A stretch of DNA of 64,000 nucleotides from NCBI GenBank assembly GCA_964016885.1, contig OZ024743.1:149234001-149298000 (forward strand), read 5' to 3'. Below are positions 15,219 to 28,740 of this stretch, one piece after another. The notes beneath the pieces were generated by a model, which was given only the letters and a program-made list of their open reading frames with translations, was not told the origin of the DNA and ran no database searches. Within the stretch, counting starts at the first letter, position 1. Every line of letters starts with the position of its first letter. Source of the stretch: Eledone cirrhosa (lineage: Eukaryota). The translations under genes and the position numbers were made by a program.

Positions 15219-16439
15219 ACATTCGGAGAGTAAGGAGCGTATTAAAGTCACATCTGAACAGTAGGAATGCCATAAGTGCAGTAAATTCCCGAGCTGTGTC
15301 TATTATTAGGTACAGTGCGGGAATTCTGAGATGGAATGTTGCTGAACAAAAAGAAATGGATAGGAAGACTAGGAAGCTATTGACTATCTACAACGTGTTC
15401 CACATTAGGAGTGATGTCGATAGACTCTACTTAAGGAGATCTGAAGGTGGAAGGAAGAGGTCTTATCAGCATAGAGGACTGTGTTCAGATGGAGAAAAAC
15501 AACCTACACAAATACATGACTGATAGTAAGGAGCCAATGCTCAGAATTGTACTGAAGGAGAGGACAATAGACCAGGGGATGTCCAAGGAGGAAATAACAA
15601 CAAGGAGAAAGAGCAGCCTTCATGAAAAATCCCTTCATAGAACCTTCTTTGAGAAAACTGAATTCAGAGATCCACAGACATGGAACTGGTTAAAAAGAGG
15701 AGACCTTAAAAAGGCTACAGAAGGAATGCTAATGGCTGCGCAAGAGCAGGCCCTCAAAACGAAGTGGGTGAAACACCATATTTACAAGGAGGAGGCTAGC
15801 CCACTGTGCAGGATCTGTGGAGAGAGAGAGGAGACTGTGGCTCACATTGTATCCGAGTGTAAACACCTAGCCCAGACTCACTATAAAGGCTGGAGACATG
15901 ATGTGATGGGCAAGGTGATCCACTGGCACCTATGCAAAGTAAACAATTTACCACATTCTGAGAAGTAGTATGAGCATAAGCCAGAGTCGGTGGTAGAAAA
16001 CGATCAGGTGAAGGTGCTGTGGGGTTTTAGGATACAGACGGACAAGAAACTGGAACACAATAGAGCTGACCTGGTGGTTTTGGACAAGGAAAAAAGATCG
16101 TGTCTGATTCTGGATGTGGCCTGCCCATTCGACACGAGATACCAGGACTTAAAGTGGGAGGTAAAAAGGATTTGGAACTGCCATGAAGTTAAAGTGGTCC
16201 CAATTGTCATAGGCGCACTATGTACTATCTCAAAATTTTCCAGGGATGGTTAAAGAAAATTGGCCCCGCCACACTTTTTGGAATGCTTCAAAAGGCATGC
16301 TTGCTGGGAACAGCAAGAACCCTCCGATACGTCCTGAATATCTGCGGCTGCAGGTAGTGGCTTGATATTCATTTCAACAAACTTTCCAGTTAACTAACAT
16401 CAATGACTGAGACTCAAAGAACAATAATAATAATAATAA

Positions 16440-16440
<1 letters not shown>
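15218..16440 (+). mobile_element. 5'-truncated copy of the second R4/Dong-like subfamily
   Basis: Close paralogue of 13750-14985 (ORFs 15296-16253); starts in (TAA)n and ends gactcaaagaacaataataat followed by (GAA)n. Confidence 0.92.
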
Positions 16441-16470
<30 letters not shown>

Positions 16471-16581
16471 AAGAAGAAGAAGAAGAAGAAGAAGAAGAAG
16501 AAGAAGAAGAAGAAGAAGAAGAAGAAGAAGCAGAAGAAGAAGAAGAAGAAGAAGAAGAAGAAGAAGAAGAAGAAGAAGAAG
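16441..16581. repeat. (GAA)n microsatellite
   Basis: Nearly pure AAG tract following the (TAA)n tail of a LINE. Confidence 0.97.
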
Positions 16582-19500
16582 ACAGTATGGATCATGGGTT
16601 GGCATAATGCCTTACAAATAGCTTAAATTAGAAATCATTATTATGGATCCTCCATTGGTTTCAGTAATCAGCATTAAGTTTTCCAATCAACTGAATGTTC
16701 AGCTTGTTAACCCTTTTATTACTATATTTCTAATGAAATACACAACCTATGACTTGGAATAAATTTTGAAAAATTATTAAGAATTTGGAGGAATTTAATA
16801 CAATGACTATCTTCATTATTAGGCTAGAGTTTGAAACACAACAATATTTTCTATCATAAAGTTGGAAGATTTAAATTTAAATAAGAACACCTTAAAACAA
16901 ATGGAAATCATAGAACTAGGGGAAGTTTCAGGTTCTTTTGAATCAGAAATGTTAAATAAAGGTGTACAAGGCTGAGTATTTCACAGACCCATGTACTCTT
17001 AACATACAAGCCTTGGGTCACATGAAACAAGGTATCTGATAAACCAAGAGACTACAAGGCAAATCCTTTATAAACTACTACAATTTTTTTCAACACGTTG
17101 ATGCATATGTGTATATGTGTGTGCATGTGCATATGCATACATTTATATGTATGAGTATATAAATATAAACACACAAACACAGACACACTTACAAAAATAC
17201 ACACTCACAGACATACATTCACATAAACACACATACATTTGCACAAACACACACATACACTCACACACAGGGTAGGTAGCAAATGGAACACCAGCTGCTG
17301 TTTTGCTATAGTTTTTTCACCATCCCCTTCCTTCCTTTTACACACACATACATTCCCACAAACACACTCACAAACATTATGTGACGGATGGATGGAAGTC
17401 ACTCAAATTTATACATAGATGAAACTTGTATTCCAATAGACCAGCCAATCAGAATGTGGGGGCAACAATGTCAAAGCTGATAACTTGGAGGCTCATGTTC
17501 AAAGGGTTAATCATACAACTTTCTAAAATTGATCTACTGATGAAATCTCTAATGAAAGACACTACATATAAATTTCAAATGATTTTTTAAATATTGAAGA
17601 ATTTGGAAGAATTTAGTAATATAACTAACTTTCTCATTTTTAAGCTGGTATTTGAGACATATACAAATATTTGTAGATAAAATTATGATGAAGGGATTTT
17701 AGATAAATATAAACACTTTAAAATAAATGGCTTTGTATTATAGAATCAAGGGCAGTTTCAGACAATTTTGTATCAAAAGAGTTAAGAGAAGGGATTTAAT
17801 AGTATAACTAACTTTGTCATTTTAGCTGATGTTTCGAACATAACTTGCATGAAATTTCCTGCATGAAATTATGATTGAAGATTTTTAGATAAATAAACAG
17901 CTTTGTACTATAGAACCAGGGGAGTTTCGGGTAGTACAGTATCAAAAGGTTTAAGAGAAGAAAAAACACATAGAAATGAAAGAGTATTGGAATAGTCAAG
18001 GCATCCTTGTCTTTGACAATAGGTTTGTTTTATCAGGACTGATCGAGGGTTCAATAGCTGCAATAGCAACAACAACATAAACTACTAATCCAGAGATTTG
18101 ATAAATTAGTGGAAGGAATGCTGGCTCAAATAGGTTTAGTTATTTGCTTAATTGTTAAATTCTAGTTCAAGCACTCCTCCTTCCACCACCACCACCACTA
18201 CCACCACCACCACTACCACCACCACCATCACCATTACCACCATCACCGCCATCACTACCAACACCACAACCACCCATACCTGCATCACTACTACATACAC
18301 CATCATCATCATCATTATCATCATCACTACAACCACAACCACCACCACCACCACCATCACTGCCATCACTACCAACACCACAACCACCAACACCTGCATC
18401 ACTACCACATACACTATCAACAAGACACCCACAAACACCACCACCACAACCACCACCACCATCACTACCAACATGACACCCACAAACACCGCCACCACCT
18501 CCATTTCACTGTTCACTAGTCAAGAAATTGGAAGACTCTCCAGACAAGTGATTTTTATTTCCATTTTTTTTAGTTAGTGGTAGCTTCTTTTTTTATTATT
18601 GTTGTTGTTGCCAGAGGAAAGAAAAATAATGACAAAAAGTTTTTTAAAATATATAAGTATAAAAATCTATTAATGAATTTATAAGTGAAAAAGAAAAATA
18701 TAGAACAGCCAGATTTTTCCTGAAAAGCTTTCATCATTAGATGAAAACTAAGTTGGCTAATTTTCAGCTTGGCATACTGCCCATTGGATATTGTCTACAG
18801 TGTAATTATTTACTACCTTTATATACTGATAAAGGTATAATGTAGAGGAATGAGGAGGATGACCAGATGTGGGCAGAGAAGGCGAGGAGGAGGAGGAGGA
18901 GGAGGGGGAGAAGAAGAAGAAAAAAAGGGAAGGATTAGTATGAGATGAAGAGGGAAGAATATACAAATGATGTAAGAAAGAGAATATCGATGGGAATAAA
19001 AAGTGAAAAGAAGTGAAGGGCAAAGAATGTTAATTCTATTAGCTGTTGCTTAAGAACAGCTAAGATTGGTTATGTTATCTAATAAAGATGAAGATTACAC
19101 ATCAAAAACAAAGAGACAGTTCTCAGGATTATAGCTTGTCAAGTGCATCAATGTGTATTTGTTGAATGTATTAATTAACCCTGTTGATACCAAATGGCCT
19201 GAAATTGTCCCTGGTTCTAGGATATAAACCCTGCCTGTTTTAAAGGGTTTATACTTATATAAAAAAAACTTCCATCATAATTTTATGTATGGACTTTATT
19301 GTCAAGTAATGTTCTAAACATCACCTTACTAATGAAAAAGTTATACATTTTACAAAATTTTTCTAAATTTCTAAATATATTCATAATTATTGAAACACAT
19401 TGCTAGAGATGGGGTGACAAAAGGGCTGATTGATAAAGAAAGAAATTAGTATATAAATAAAATAACAACAAAAAATACAAGGGATATTCCTCAAATCTCC

Positions 19501-19876
19501 CAAAGCAGGGATGAAACAATATTTAATGAAATTATTTCCCATCATAAAAACTTCAAGTTTAATATTTATTGTAAAAGAAATAATTGGAGGTTATTCAATT
19601 TGATATAATAGATTTTTTTCTGTAGCTGTATGTGTGTTGTATGTGTGTATGTACATCAGGCAAGATGTGTTTGTGGAAAATCAGCAGTCACCCATGCATA
19701 CCAGTCTCCCTTTTCTATGCCACTGATATAGTCACAGAATGTGTGCTAAAAGAGCTTTGACAATAAACAAATAAACAACCCTCCTTTAAACTAATCAACT
19801 GGAAATTTATAATAAATTGAAGTGGAAACCTAGAGGTGCATGTGTTTTTATTGGCAGCATGACTCTCCCAAAGTAT

Positions 19877-19920
<44 letters not shown>

Positions 19921-19928
<8 letters not shown>

Positions 19929-20113
19929 AGATCAAAAGATGGTTAAATGAGTTCCATGTATTTTATTATGCGCATTTCAAAAACAAATATCATCATGCAA
20001 TAACATTTGTGTTTTCATCAGATAAAATATGAGGACATGATATGAAGGTTAAAAACACTTGTGGATAGTGCAGTTTTAAATCAACATATCGACATATCTT
20101 TTGATCTTATATA
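19921..20113. mobile_element. Short MITE-like element next to (TA)n
   Basis: Terminal inverted repeats aatatataagatcaaaagat / atcttttgatcttatatatt. Confidence 0.6.
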
Positions 20114-20205
20114 TTATGTATACTCCAGTCCTACAAACTGTAGAGTGCTTCTTATCCGATATCTGCATTGCTTTATTGTACTACAATAAAACTCACCTCC
20201 TACAT

Positions 20206-20241
<36 letters not shown>

Positions 20242-20548
20242 TATATATACATATACACACAAATAGTGCCCAGCCAATGCTGTAAATATGGTTGACATTA
20301 GGAAAGGCATCAAGCACAGAAGTCAATCCAGAAACAGCATGACATTGTCATCTGCTCTGCCTTGTCTCCCAAAGGGACAACTAGTCTAACACATGCTAAC
20401 ATGGATAAATGGGCGTTAAACAGTGATGATGATGATATATATACTTATATGTGTGTGTGTATACATGCACACACACACACACACACACACACTGACATAT
20501 TTCGGATTTGTGTGTAATTTTGTTTTTCTTTTGTTGATATTTTTTCAG

Positions 20549-20585
20549 CTTCGTTCATTCAATATGGCAATGTCAGGAATGTAAC
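20549..20585 (+). other. Candidate 37-nt micro-exon of an unidentified host gene
   Basis: Long polypyrimidine tract ending tttttcag upstream and a consensus donor gtaagt at 20586. Two frames are open (FVHSIWQCQECN; SFIQYGNVRNV). No homology recognised. Confidence 0.3.
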
Positions 20586-22369
20586 GTAAGTAAGTAGATG
20601 ATGATATACATATTGTGGGTTGGGTAAATAAAGAATTAAATAATATAAATTCTGTGGAAAATATAATGGTAAAATTATTGTCATTATGATAATAATAATA
20701 AAAATGGTTTTGGGGAAGGCAAAAGTCGATTAAATCGACCCCAGTGCATTACTGGTGCTTTATTTTATTTATCGACCCCATAAAGATGAAAGGCAAAGCT
20801 AACCTTGGCTGTATTTGAACTCAGACCGTAAAGGACCGTAACTCTATGCTGTAAAGCTATGTGTCCGACGCACTACTGATACTAATCCACTGCCCATATA
20901 AATCTTTTTTAAAGAAAACAAAATTCAGAGATCTGCAGACATGGAACTGTTTAAAAACAGTGGACCTTAAGAAAGCCACAGTAGAAATGCTGCTGGCTGC
21001 ACAGAATCGCTGAACAGACTTTACAGGCAAAACCAACAGGCAGGAGACCCAAGGGTAGACCCTGAGAAAGGTGGTTGGTTAACATCCATGAGCTTGGCTT
21101 GTCACACTTGGGGATCCAGCTGGATCAGTTGGAAACAGTTGCTTCTGACAGGACCTGCTGGAGAGAGTGTTTGAGGACTCTACCCCCACGAGGTGAAGAA
21201 AAAGAGAAGAGAGATATATTAAGATTTATGGAAATATTTTTAGAGTACACAAACAATTGGGCCAGAAAGGGACCACATACTCCTAGTTGTTAATGTATAA
21301 CAGTTCAGAACTTTGTAAGTTGGTTCTCACCAGCCGTCTATATGTTGTATCTCTACATTGCCAGGGTCAACATCTTTACAAATTAAGATTTGATATTTTT
21401 TCTAAATCATGTAGTTCATTAAAATTGCCCATTAGTTGCATATTTACAAAGTACTATTCTGTGAATTTTATAATTTCTCAAAAAGACCCATCTTTGCATA
21501 TACTACTTGTCTTTTATTGTTTTAATATATTGTATAATATATTTTACCCTACCACTTTTTTCTATATAACCCTATATGTACATCCACATAAGTTTTGTAA
21601 CACTCTTTATGATGTATACAACAGGGGAAAAAAATGAAAGAAATTATTATCATTGTTAAAATTGGTAAGAAAAATCTAATCCCAACACAAAAGAAACATC
21701 ATAGATTTATGAATATTTGAATACACTCAATTACATATACATATTCAGTTTGATTTAGCATCACCCTTACCTTCACCATAATTACTACAATTGCTAGCAT
21801 AACCATCATAAGCATATAACCATCAGAAATTGGTGGCAGAACTTCCAAGAGAATTCTTAGGTTTCATATCCATTTAGAAAAAATGTAAATGGGAAACTGC
21901 TTCTTTTTGGAAAGAATACACTGAAGTGCTTTTTGATTCTTTCTGAACCAAATTGTAAATGCCTAATATGATATCTTACTTTCAATGCAAGTATGTTTTT
22001 TAGAAACATTAGATTAACAGATGTTATAAAGGGCGCACTACGTCTACAGTTTTCTACAAAATAACTATACACCTGCAGGAAGGGAGCATTACAAAACACT
22101 ACTTAACATGAAATCACACACATACACAAACAAACACATGAACACAACCTATTCATGGAGTGCTTGCTGGTTCCTCAGTATCTTCAGCATCAAAATATCT
22201 ACCGTAGAGTTGATACTTTTTATTGAGTGAATGGAAGATATAAATCCTGAGTTTCATCTCATTGGAGAATTGTCAGACTCTCTAATGATTCTCCACTGAA
22301 TCCAGTGATTTTACATTGAACTAAAACTTGTCAGGCTCATTAAATAATGATGATATATATATATGGAGT

Positions 22370-22952
22370 TCAGATGAAGGATCTAAACCCAAAGTACTTG
22401 CCAGGTCTGCCCAGGTCACAGCAGCACTTACAAAACCATCTGAAATAAGAAGAACATAGCCCTCAGCTCAAAGATCAGACTGATGCACTCTCTGGTCATG
22501 TCTATATTCTTGTATGCCTGTGAGTCCTGGACAATAACAGCAGATCTTCAGAGAAAAATACAGGCTATGGAGATGAGATGCTTCTGAAAGCATTTTGGCA
22601 TCACCTACAGAGACTGCATCTCCAATGAGAAAGTGTGAAACAGAATTTGGCAAGCCATCGGGCCCTACAAAGACTTGTTGGCCATTGTGAAAAAACACAA
22701 ATTGAGATGGTATGGGCATATGACAAGATCTTCAGGGCTTGCAAAGACTGTCCTGCAGGGAACAGTACAAGGAGGGAGGAAGAGTGGCAGACAGAGAAAG
22801 TGATGGGAGGACAACATTCCAGAATGGATAGGCACGAGACTGGGTGCAACCATGAGGAAGGTGGAGAGGTGAGAGGAATGGAAGGAGCTGGTTACCAGGT
22901 GATCTGTGGCGCCCCAACGGTCCACCAGACAATGGGACAGATAAGATAAGAA
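22370..22952 (+). mobile_element. Decayed 3' fragment of a different RTE/BovB-like LINE
   Basis: Manual translation gives KIRLMHSLVMSIFLYACESWTITADLQRKIQAMEMRCF followed by a frameshifted RWYGH-like segment, with an (AGATA)n tail. Confidence 0.8.
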
Positions 22953-23084
22953 GATATGGAGTTCTGGTCTTTCGTTTGTATTTTTATTTTCAAAAAATAA
23001 TTTTTTATGGTTTTACCTTTAAAAAAATGTTTTTCGTTTTGCCTTGTTTTCATTCATTGTCTTGCCCACTCTTTGTTGATTTTG

Positions 23085-23138
<54 letters not shown>

Positions 23139-24610
23139 AGTCTTTCATTCAAAATTATTGACATTATAGCATGCATAATGTGTTTCTATTTAGTCTCCCA
23201 CATTTCATCTGTTGTCAGAAATAAGCTAATATTTAAAACAATAATCAATATACAGGTCAAAACTAAAAGCAACAAAATAGCATTAATACACACTCACACA
23301 AAAACTGAAAAAGAAAAATAAGAAAATTCTGGAAGGTTAAGTAAAGGTTAATCATTCTAATAATTATCCAGATTCTGATTATGATGGCTATAGATTCTGA
23401 AAATGATAACAGTCAAATACAAAAGTAAAACTTCTGATTCAACATTTTTCATTGACAGCTAAGAAGAGGGAAATTCAAATAGATTTAAATAAAACAGAAT
23501 ATATTGAAGAGTGATTTACCAAAGAAAAACCTATAATGAATGTATAATGGTTTCTTATTATGAGGGAGGGCAAAGTTGATTAAATTGACCCCAGTGCTTT
23601 ATTTTATCAACCCCGTTAGGATGAAAGGCAAAGCTAACCTCGGCAGGATTTGAAATCAGAACGTAAAGGGCCGTAACTCTGTGTCACGCATCGTGGTGGC
23701 TGGTGCTCTACCGATACTGCCAATCCACCACCCTATCTATAATGAATATATAATGGCGTGTGTGTTTAGTTTATAACAGCTACACTGTATGTGTCATAAG
23801 AGCTGACTAAAGGTGCTGGCACCTGGAAGAACACACAGCTGTAAAACATTGCCTCAAAAGATACCCCATGATATGTATGAAGCCTGTCATGGGGCCCACA
23901 AGGCTAATCTATGAATTGGAATGGGGAAATGGCCTTAAATCGCTTGTGTGTGTTGTGGAGGGTGTACCGATACTTGGAATGGCTACACTCATCATTATTC
24001 TGATCATCTAAAATAGCCAAACTACTTTGTGTATCAAATGAAATAAATAAATAAGCTTATTAGAAAATTTATATGAAGTATTTAGTCATTACCTCAGTGG
24101 TATTATATCAATAATTGTGTCATTTAACCTAATCAATGTTCACTATTAACATTAAACTAACACTTATCAAATTCCTCATAGAAAATATGTATAGGACCTA
24201 TATATAATTTTGTAAATACTGTATTCATTGTAGTAGATATATCTTAGATATATACACATAAATAAATCTTCAACAGCCTAACCATTAATAACTAGATAGG
24301 TTTAAACATTGCTTACTTAATGTAATAAGAATACTTTTATGGCATATATCCCATACATAATTCCTATTTTATTGCTTGTATAGATTCCTTAAGATACTGG
24401 CTTTTATTATGCATTACCTAGTTTGATTCTGATAACGACAACTGTGACAAGGTAAAAAATTCAAAATACACCAACATCCTATTCCCTGATTACCAGCTTA
24501 TATATAAAATTATTTTGTTCTCTTTTAAATTATCATTATTTCTTTATACAAAGAATTAAAAAAAAGTTAAGATAGCTGAATAAATTTTTCTCTTTATTAT
24601 TTGCTCAGAC

Positions 24611-24685
<75 letters not shown>

Positions 24686-26863
24686 GTAATAATAATGAAT
24701 TTGAAGACTAAAATCCAAAGAGGGCTCGATAAGGATAAATATATATCAAATATATAAGAACCGTAGAGCAAATATTTATTAAAATAACAGATTAAAGTTT
24801 AAGCAAAGAATCGCTGCTTTCACCCTTAACAGGATGTTCTGAATCTAAAAAAAATCAATCTGTGAACGCAGAAGTAAATATTTCGAAAAACGTTGCAACC
24901 GAAGGAAGAGAGGAAGACGTTTGTGGGAACGTTCCCTGGCAAAGAACGGAAAAAAACGAATATAATACGTCATTATTTGGGGCGGTGAAAACAATTACAC
25001 GCAAAGACAAAACCACCTTTATGGTATAAAAGAAGTCGTAGACTAATATTCTATTACGGAAAAAATGAAGATAATATGTCATTATGTGGAGCGGTGAGAA
25101 CACGCATAGACAAAACCACGTTTATGGCATAACTGAAGTTGTAGACTAAAATTCTATTTAGGAAACCGAATGATTCTCGGCTTCAGAGTTAAGAATAATG
25201 TAAATAAATTACAGAGGTAATTGAAATCAACAAAAATTAAATATATACATGCACGCATCCATATAGTACATTCACATGCATACGCGAAAACACTCGCCAT
25301 GGGTATGCAAATACAAGCACGTACATAAAAAAAAACACGCACGCACAAAACAGAACCCACGCAACGCCTGTACCCGCACACATACGAACGTAAACACCAA
25401 ATTCACATAAAAATATATATTAAAAAATATATATATATGTGTGTGTGCGTATAATTATATAAACGTATATAAATATACACACATAAATACGTATATAATG
25501 CGCGCACACACATACCTACATGTAAATACACATATGTTCGCTAAACATATGTCAACCAAAACACAAAATACACATATACACACACCCTACATACGTACGA
25601 ACCCGCATACTCACACAAAACTCACGTATACACATAACCATATGCACATGTACCAGTATATATAATATAATATATACGCCTATAACATATATAAGCAAAT
25701 ATGCGTACGAGAAAGTATACGCACCTTCACAAAACATATAGGTAATATATACTTACCTATACAAATAAGTAATGCTATAAACATAACATATACTTAGCTA
25801 CCACATCAAGACGTAAAATATCCGCGTATAGTTCGTACTATCCGTTAGGGTATAATGTGGGGCTGTAATACAGGAAAGTTTTGTGCAATTTATGTTTACA
25901 AGCCGAAATTGCCTCAGATTTTTTGTTTAAGATGTGATCATTGGCGTAGAGTATTTCCATGGCTTCAGCGGCGCAGAGGTCACATGGTCTTTTATATCCG
26001 TTATACGATCTAGCACTAGCTAGAATCTCCCAGTATAACTTATATTGGGTGTAGTTGTCTTTTAGACTTCAGATATAAGCTGAAAGTGACGTCATATTCA
26101 TTCTTAAAGGGTTAAGAAAAGAATGGGTATGCATGTAAAGATGCTGCTTGAATCTATTGGCGGTTAACCTTATGTAGGCCCTACGGGACGTGGGTGTTTC
26201 AACCTTACAATTGTAGACAATGTTACTAGAGAAGCATTTCCCGGATAGGGGGCAGTCAACGCGATTCCTACAATTACAGTTAGTACTAGCTACAGGGTTG
26301 CACGTGTTCCTACGGCTAGGTAATTTAGCTAAATTTGAAGCTGTGATGTTATGTGCAAGGTTAGGAGTCGTAGAGTAACCATTAAAATTTCTTACTCTAC
26401 GACTCCTAACCTTTTTTTTGCGTACGTGCTTGTATTTGCATACCCATGGCGGGTGTTTTCGCATATTCATGTGTATGTACGTATATGGATGCGTGCATGT
26501 ATATATTTAATTTTTGTTGATTTCAATTACCTCTGTAATTTATTTACTTTATTCTTAACTCTGAAGCCGAGAATCATTCGGTTTCCTAAATAGAATTTTA
26601 GTCTACGACTTCAATTATACCATTTACGTGGTTTTGCCTCAACGCCCCAAATAATGACGTATTATCTTCGTTTTTTTTTTCGTTCTTTGCCAGGGAACGT
26701 TCCCACGAACCAAAGTATCGTCTTACTGTCTCCCTTCGCTTGCAACGTTTTTCGAAATATTTACTTCTGCGCTCACAGATTGATTTTTTTAGTTTCAGAA
26801 CATCCCGTTAAGGGTGATAGCAGCGATTCTCTGCTTAAACTTTAATCTGTTATTTTAATAAAT
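24686..26863 (-). mobile_element. 5'-truncated Penelope-like element (GIY-YIG remnant) with inverted pseudo-LTR
   Basis: Coding remnant 25838-~26390 (-): CNCRNRVDCPLSGKCFSSNIVYNCKVE..RAYIRLT.NRFKQH..HTHSF..TSLSAYI*SLK..WEIL..CDLC..E..LNKKSE..CKH. Inverted repeats at 24774-25335 and 26412-26863; both ends lie in (TA)n. Confidence 0.88.
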
Positions 26864-26864
26864 G

Positions 26865-26895
<31 letters not shown>

Positions 26896-27038
26896 ATATA
26901 TATATATACAGGCATATAGTGGTAAAAGACCAGGAGAGCATTCAGTGCATAGGCCGAGTTCGGTATCGGGTTTGTTCCACAACAAATCGCGTATGGTTTG
27001 CTAATTGTTGTGGAACTAACTCTCTCTCTCTCTTTATA

Positions 27039-27127
<89 letters not shown>

Positions 27128-27504
27128 TATAATTATTTTATATATTACCACACTCTGCTTCCCATGTATTGAGTACTTTGGTGAATAATGGTCTAACAGG
27201 TCTTTACAGCATACATTCCAACACTATGGTTTCAAGAAGAAACCTACCAGAGTTGAATAATTGAGATTAACAGTTTATAATGATAATAATTGTTTCTACT
27301 TTTGGCACAAGGCCAGCAATTATCCCAGTGTATTACTGGTACTTTATTTTATCGACTCCGTAAGGATGAAAGGCAAAGTTAACCTCAGCGGGATTTGAAC
27401 TCAAACCACAAAGGGCCGTAACTCTTTGTGTCAAAGCATGGTGTCCGACTCTCTACCGATACTGCCAAATGATAATAATAACAGAAACGAAGAAAGGAAT
27501 CCCC

Positions 27505-27549
27505 AGTCACTGAAGAGGTCACAGAGTGTGTGACGAAAGGACTATGACT
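27505..27549 (+). ncRNA. Type I hammerhead ribozyme (minimal, slightly decayed)
   Basis: agtca CTGAAGA g gtcaca-gagtg-tgtgac GAAA ggac TA tgact. It has a 5-bp stem I, a 6-bp stem II with one extra G and a very short, near-palindromic stem III. Confidence 0.7.
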
Positions 27550-27784
27550 ATATATATAAACAACTATCTGGTTGTGGAACCAACCAACCAACCAACCAGA
27601 AATTTATAAGTTTGTAGATTTGTAAATTTGCAAATTTATAAATTTATAAATATATAATAAATTGAAGTGAAAGCAACTGGTGCGTGTGTTTCTTATTGGC
27701 AACATGACCCTCCCAAAGTATAACGATAATAATAATAATATATATATATATGTATATATATATAGCTGGAGATATTGCTGTTAT

Positions 27785-28740
27785 ATTGGGTTGGCCAAAA
27801 AGTTCATTCCAAAGCAATTTATTCAGTCAATAATGTATTTGCCATTTCGTTCCAGTACCTTCCACCATCTTCTAGGTAGAGCCATTATTTCCCTTTCAAA
27901 GAATTTCCTGTCTTGGTGAAGAACACTTCCAAAATGAATTTCATGTCTTCTGAAGAATTGAAAGTCTGTCCTGTCAAACAGGGTGAAGCAAAACTTCCCA
28001 GTCAAGACTGAGTAACTTCTACCACATCTGCAAGTAAGTCTGCTTTTCTGTTAGATTGCTGCATTTCATTTAACCGGCTGTTCACAGTACACATCCAAAT
28101 TAGTGGTCCTGTTTGCGAGAAGAAACTCATAAAAGACAACATCCTTCTAATCCCATCAAGTTGAAAGCATAATTTTCTCTGGAGGTTCTTGGTGCTTCCC
28201 CCCATGATTGTTATCATTTCACATTATTATAGACAATCCATTTTTCGTCTCCAGTTACCATTTTATTCAAAAATGGATTGTTTTCCTCACAAGGAACAGC
28301 AGATGGAAATCCTTTGAGTAAGGTTGGCTTCATGAGGAACCCAAATTTGAGCCTTTTGATGTAACCAAGTTTATGCAGATGGTTTTCAACACATGATTTG
28401 GATATCTGGGGAATATCTCTGATCTCCCTGATAGTAAGACATGAGTTGGTGTTGACTCCTTCACTTAGTCATTGTTAACCATTATTAGAGTGAAGGGCAT
28501 CTTGAATAAAAAAAAATTCCCCATCAAAATCTTGAAAACCACGTCTGGCATACACGTTTTGTAAAAGTATCCTCTCTGTACACAGCCCCTTTGTTCCTGC
28601 AAGTTTCTGACACGATCTTACCATTTTTAAAATGAAAAAGCATGATGTGTTAATAATGTTCATTTTGGTTCTCCATTTTCAGGGTTAAGATAAACAGACA
28701 AAATACAACCAATCTCTTCAGAACTTTGCTACAAACTACT
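27785..28740 (-). mobile_element. Decayed mariner (Tc1/mariner) DNA transposon
   Basis: WVPH, NPFLNKMVTGDEKWIVYNN and the C-terminal FFEREIMALPRRWWKVLERNGKYIID. A TIR-like tattgggttggccaaaaagttc lies at ~27785. Many stops and deletions. Confidence 0.88.

Noticed and set aside
17537-17565. CTGATGA...GAAA hammerhead-like string
   Set aside because: No convincing stem I or stem III; it lies within an old TTAA-type MITE.
26069-26071. In-frame TGA in the Penelope GIY-YIG as selenocysteine (some Naiad elements encode selenoproteins)
   Set aside because: It falls at a conserved Trp position (YIW), so TGG>TGA decay is simpler. The Cys codons are normal, the YIG motif is also mutated, and I identified no SECIS.
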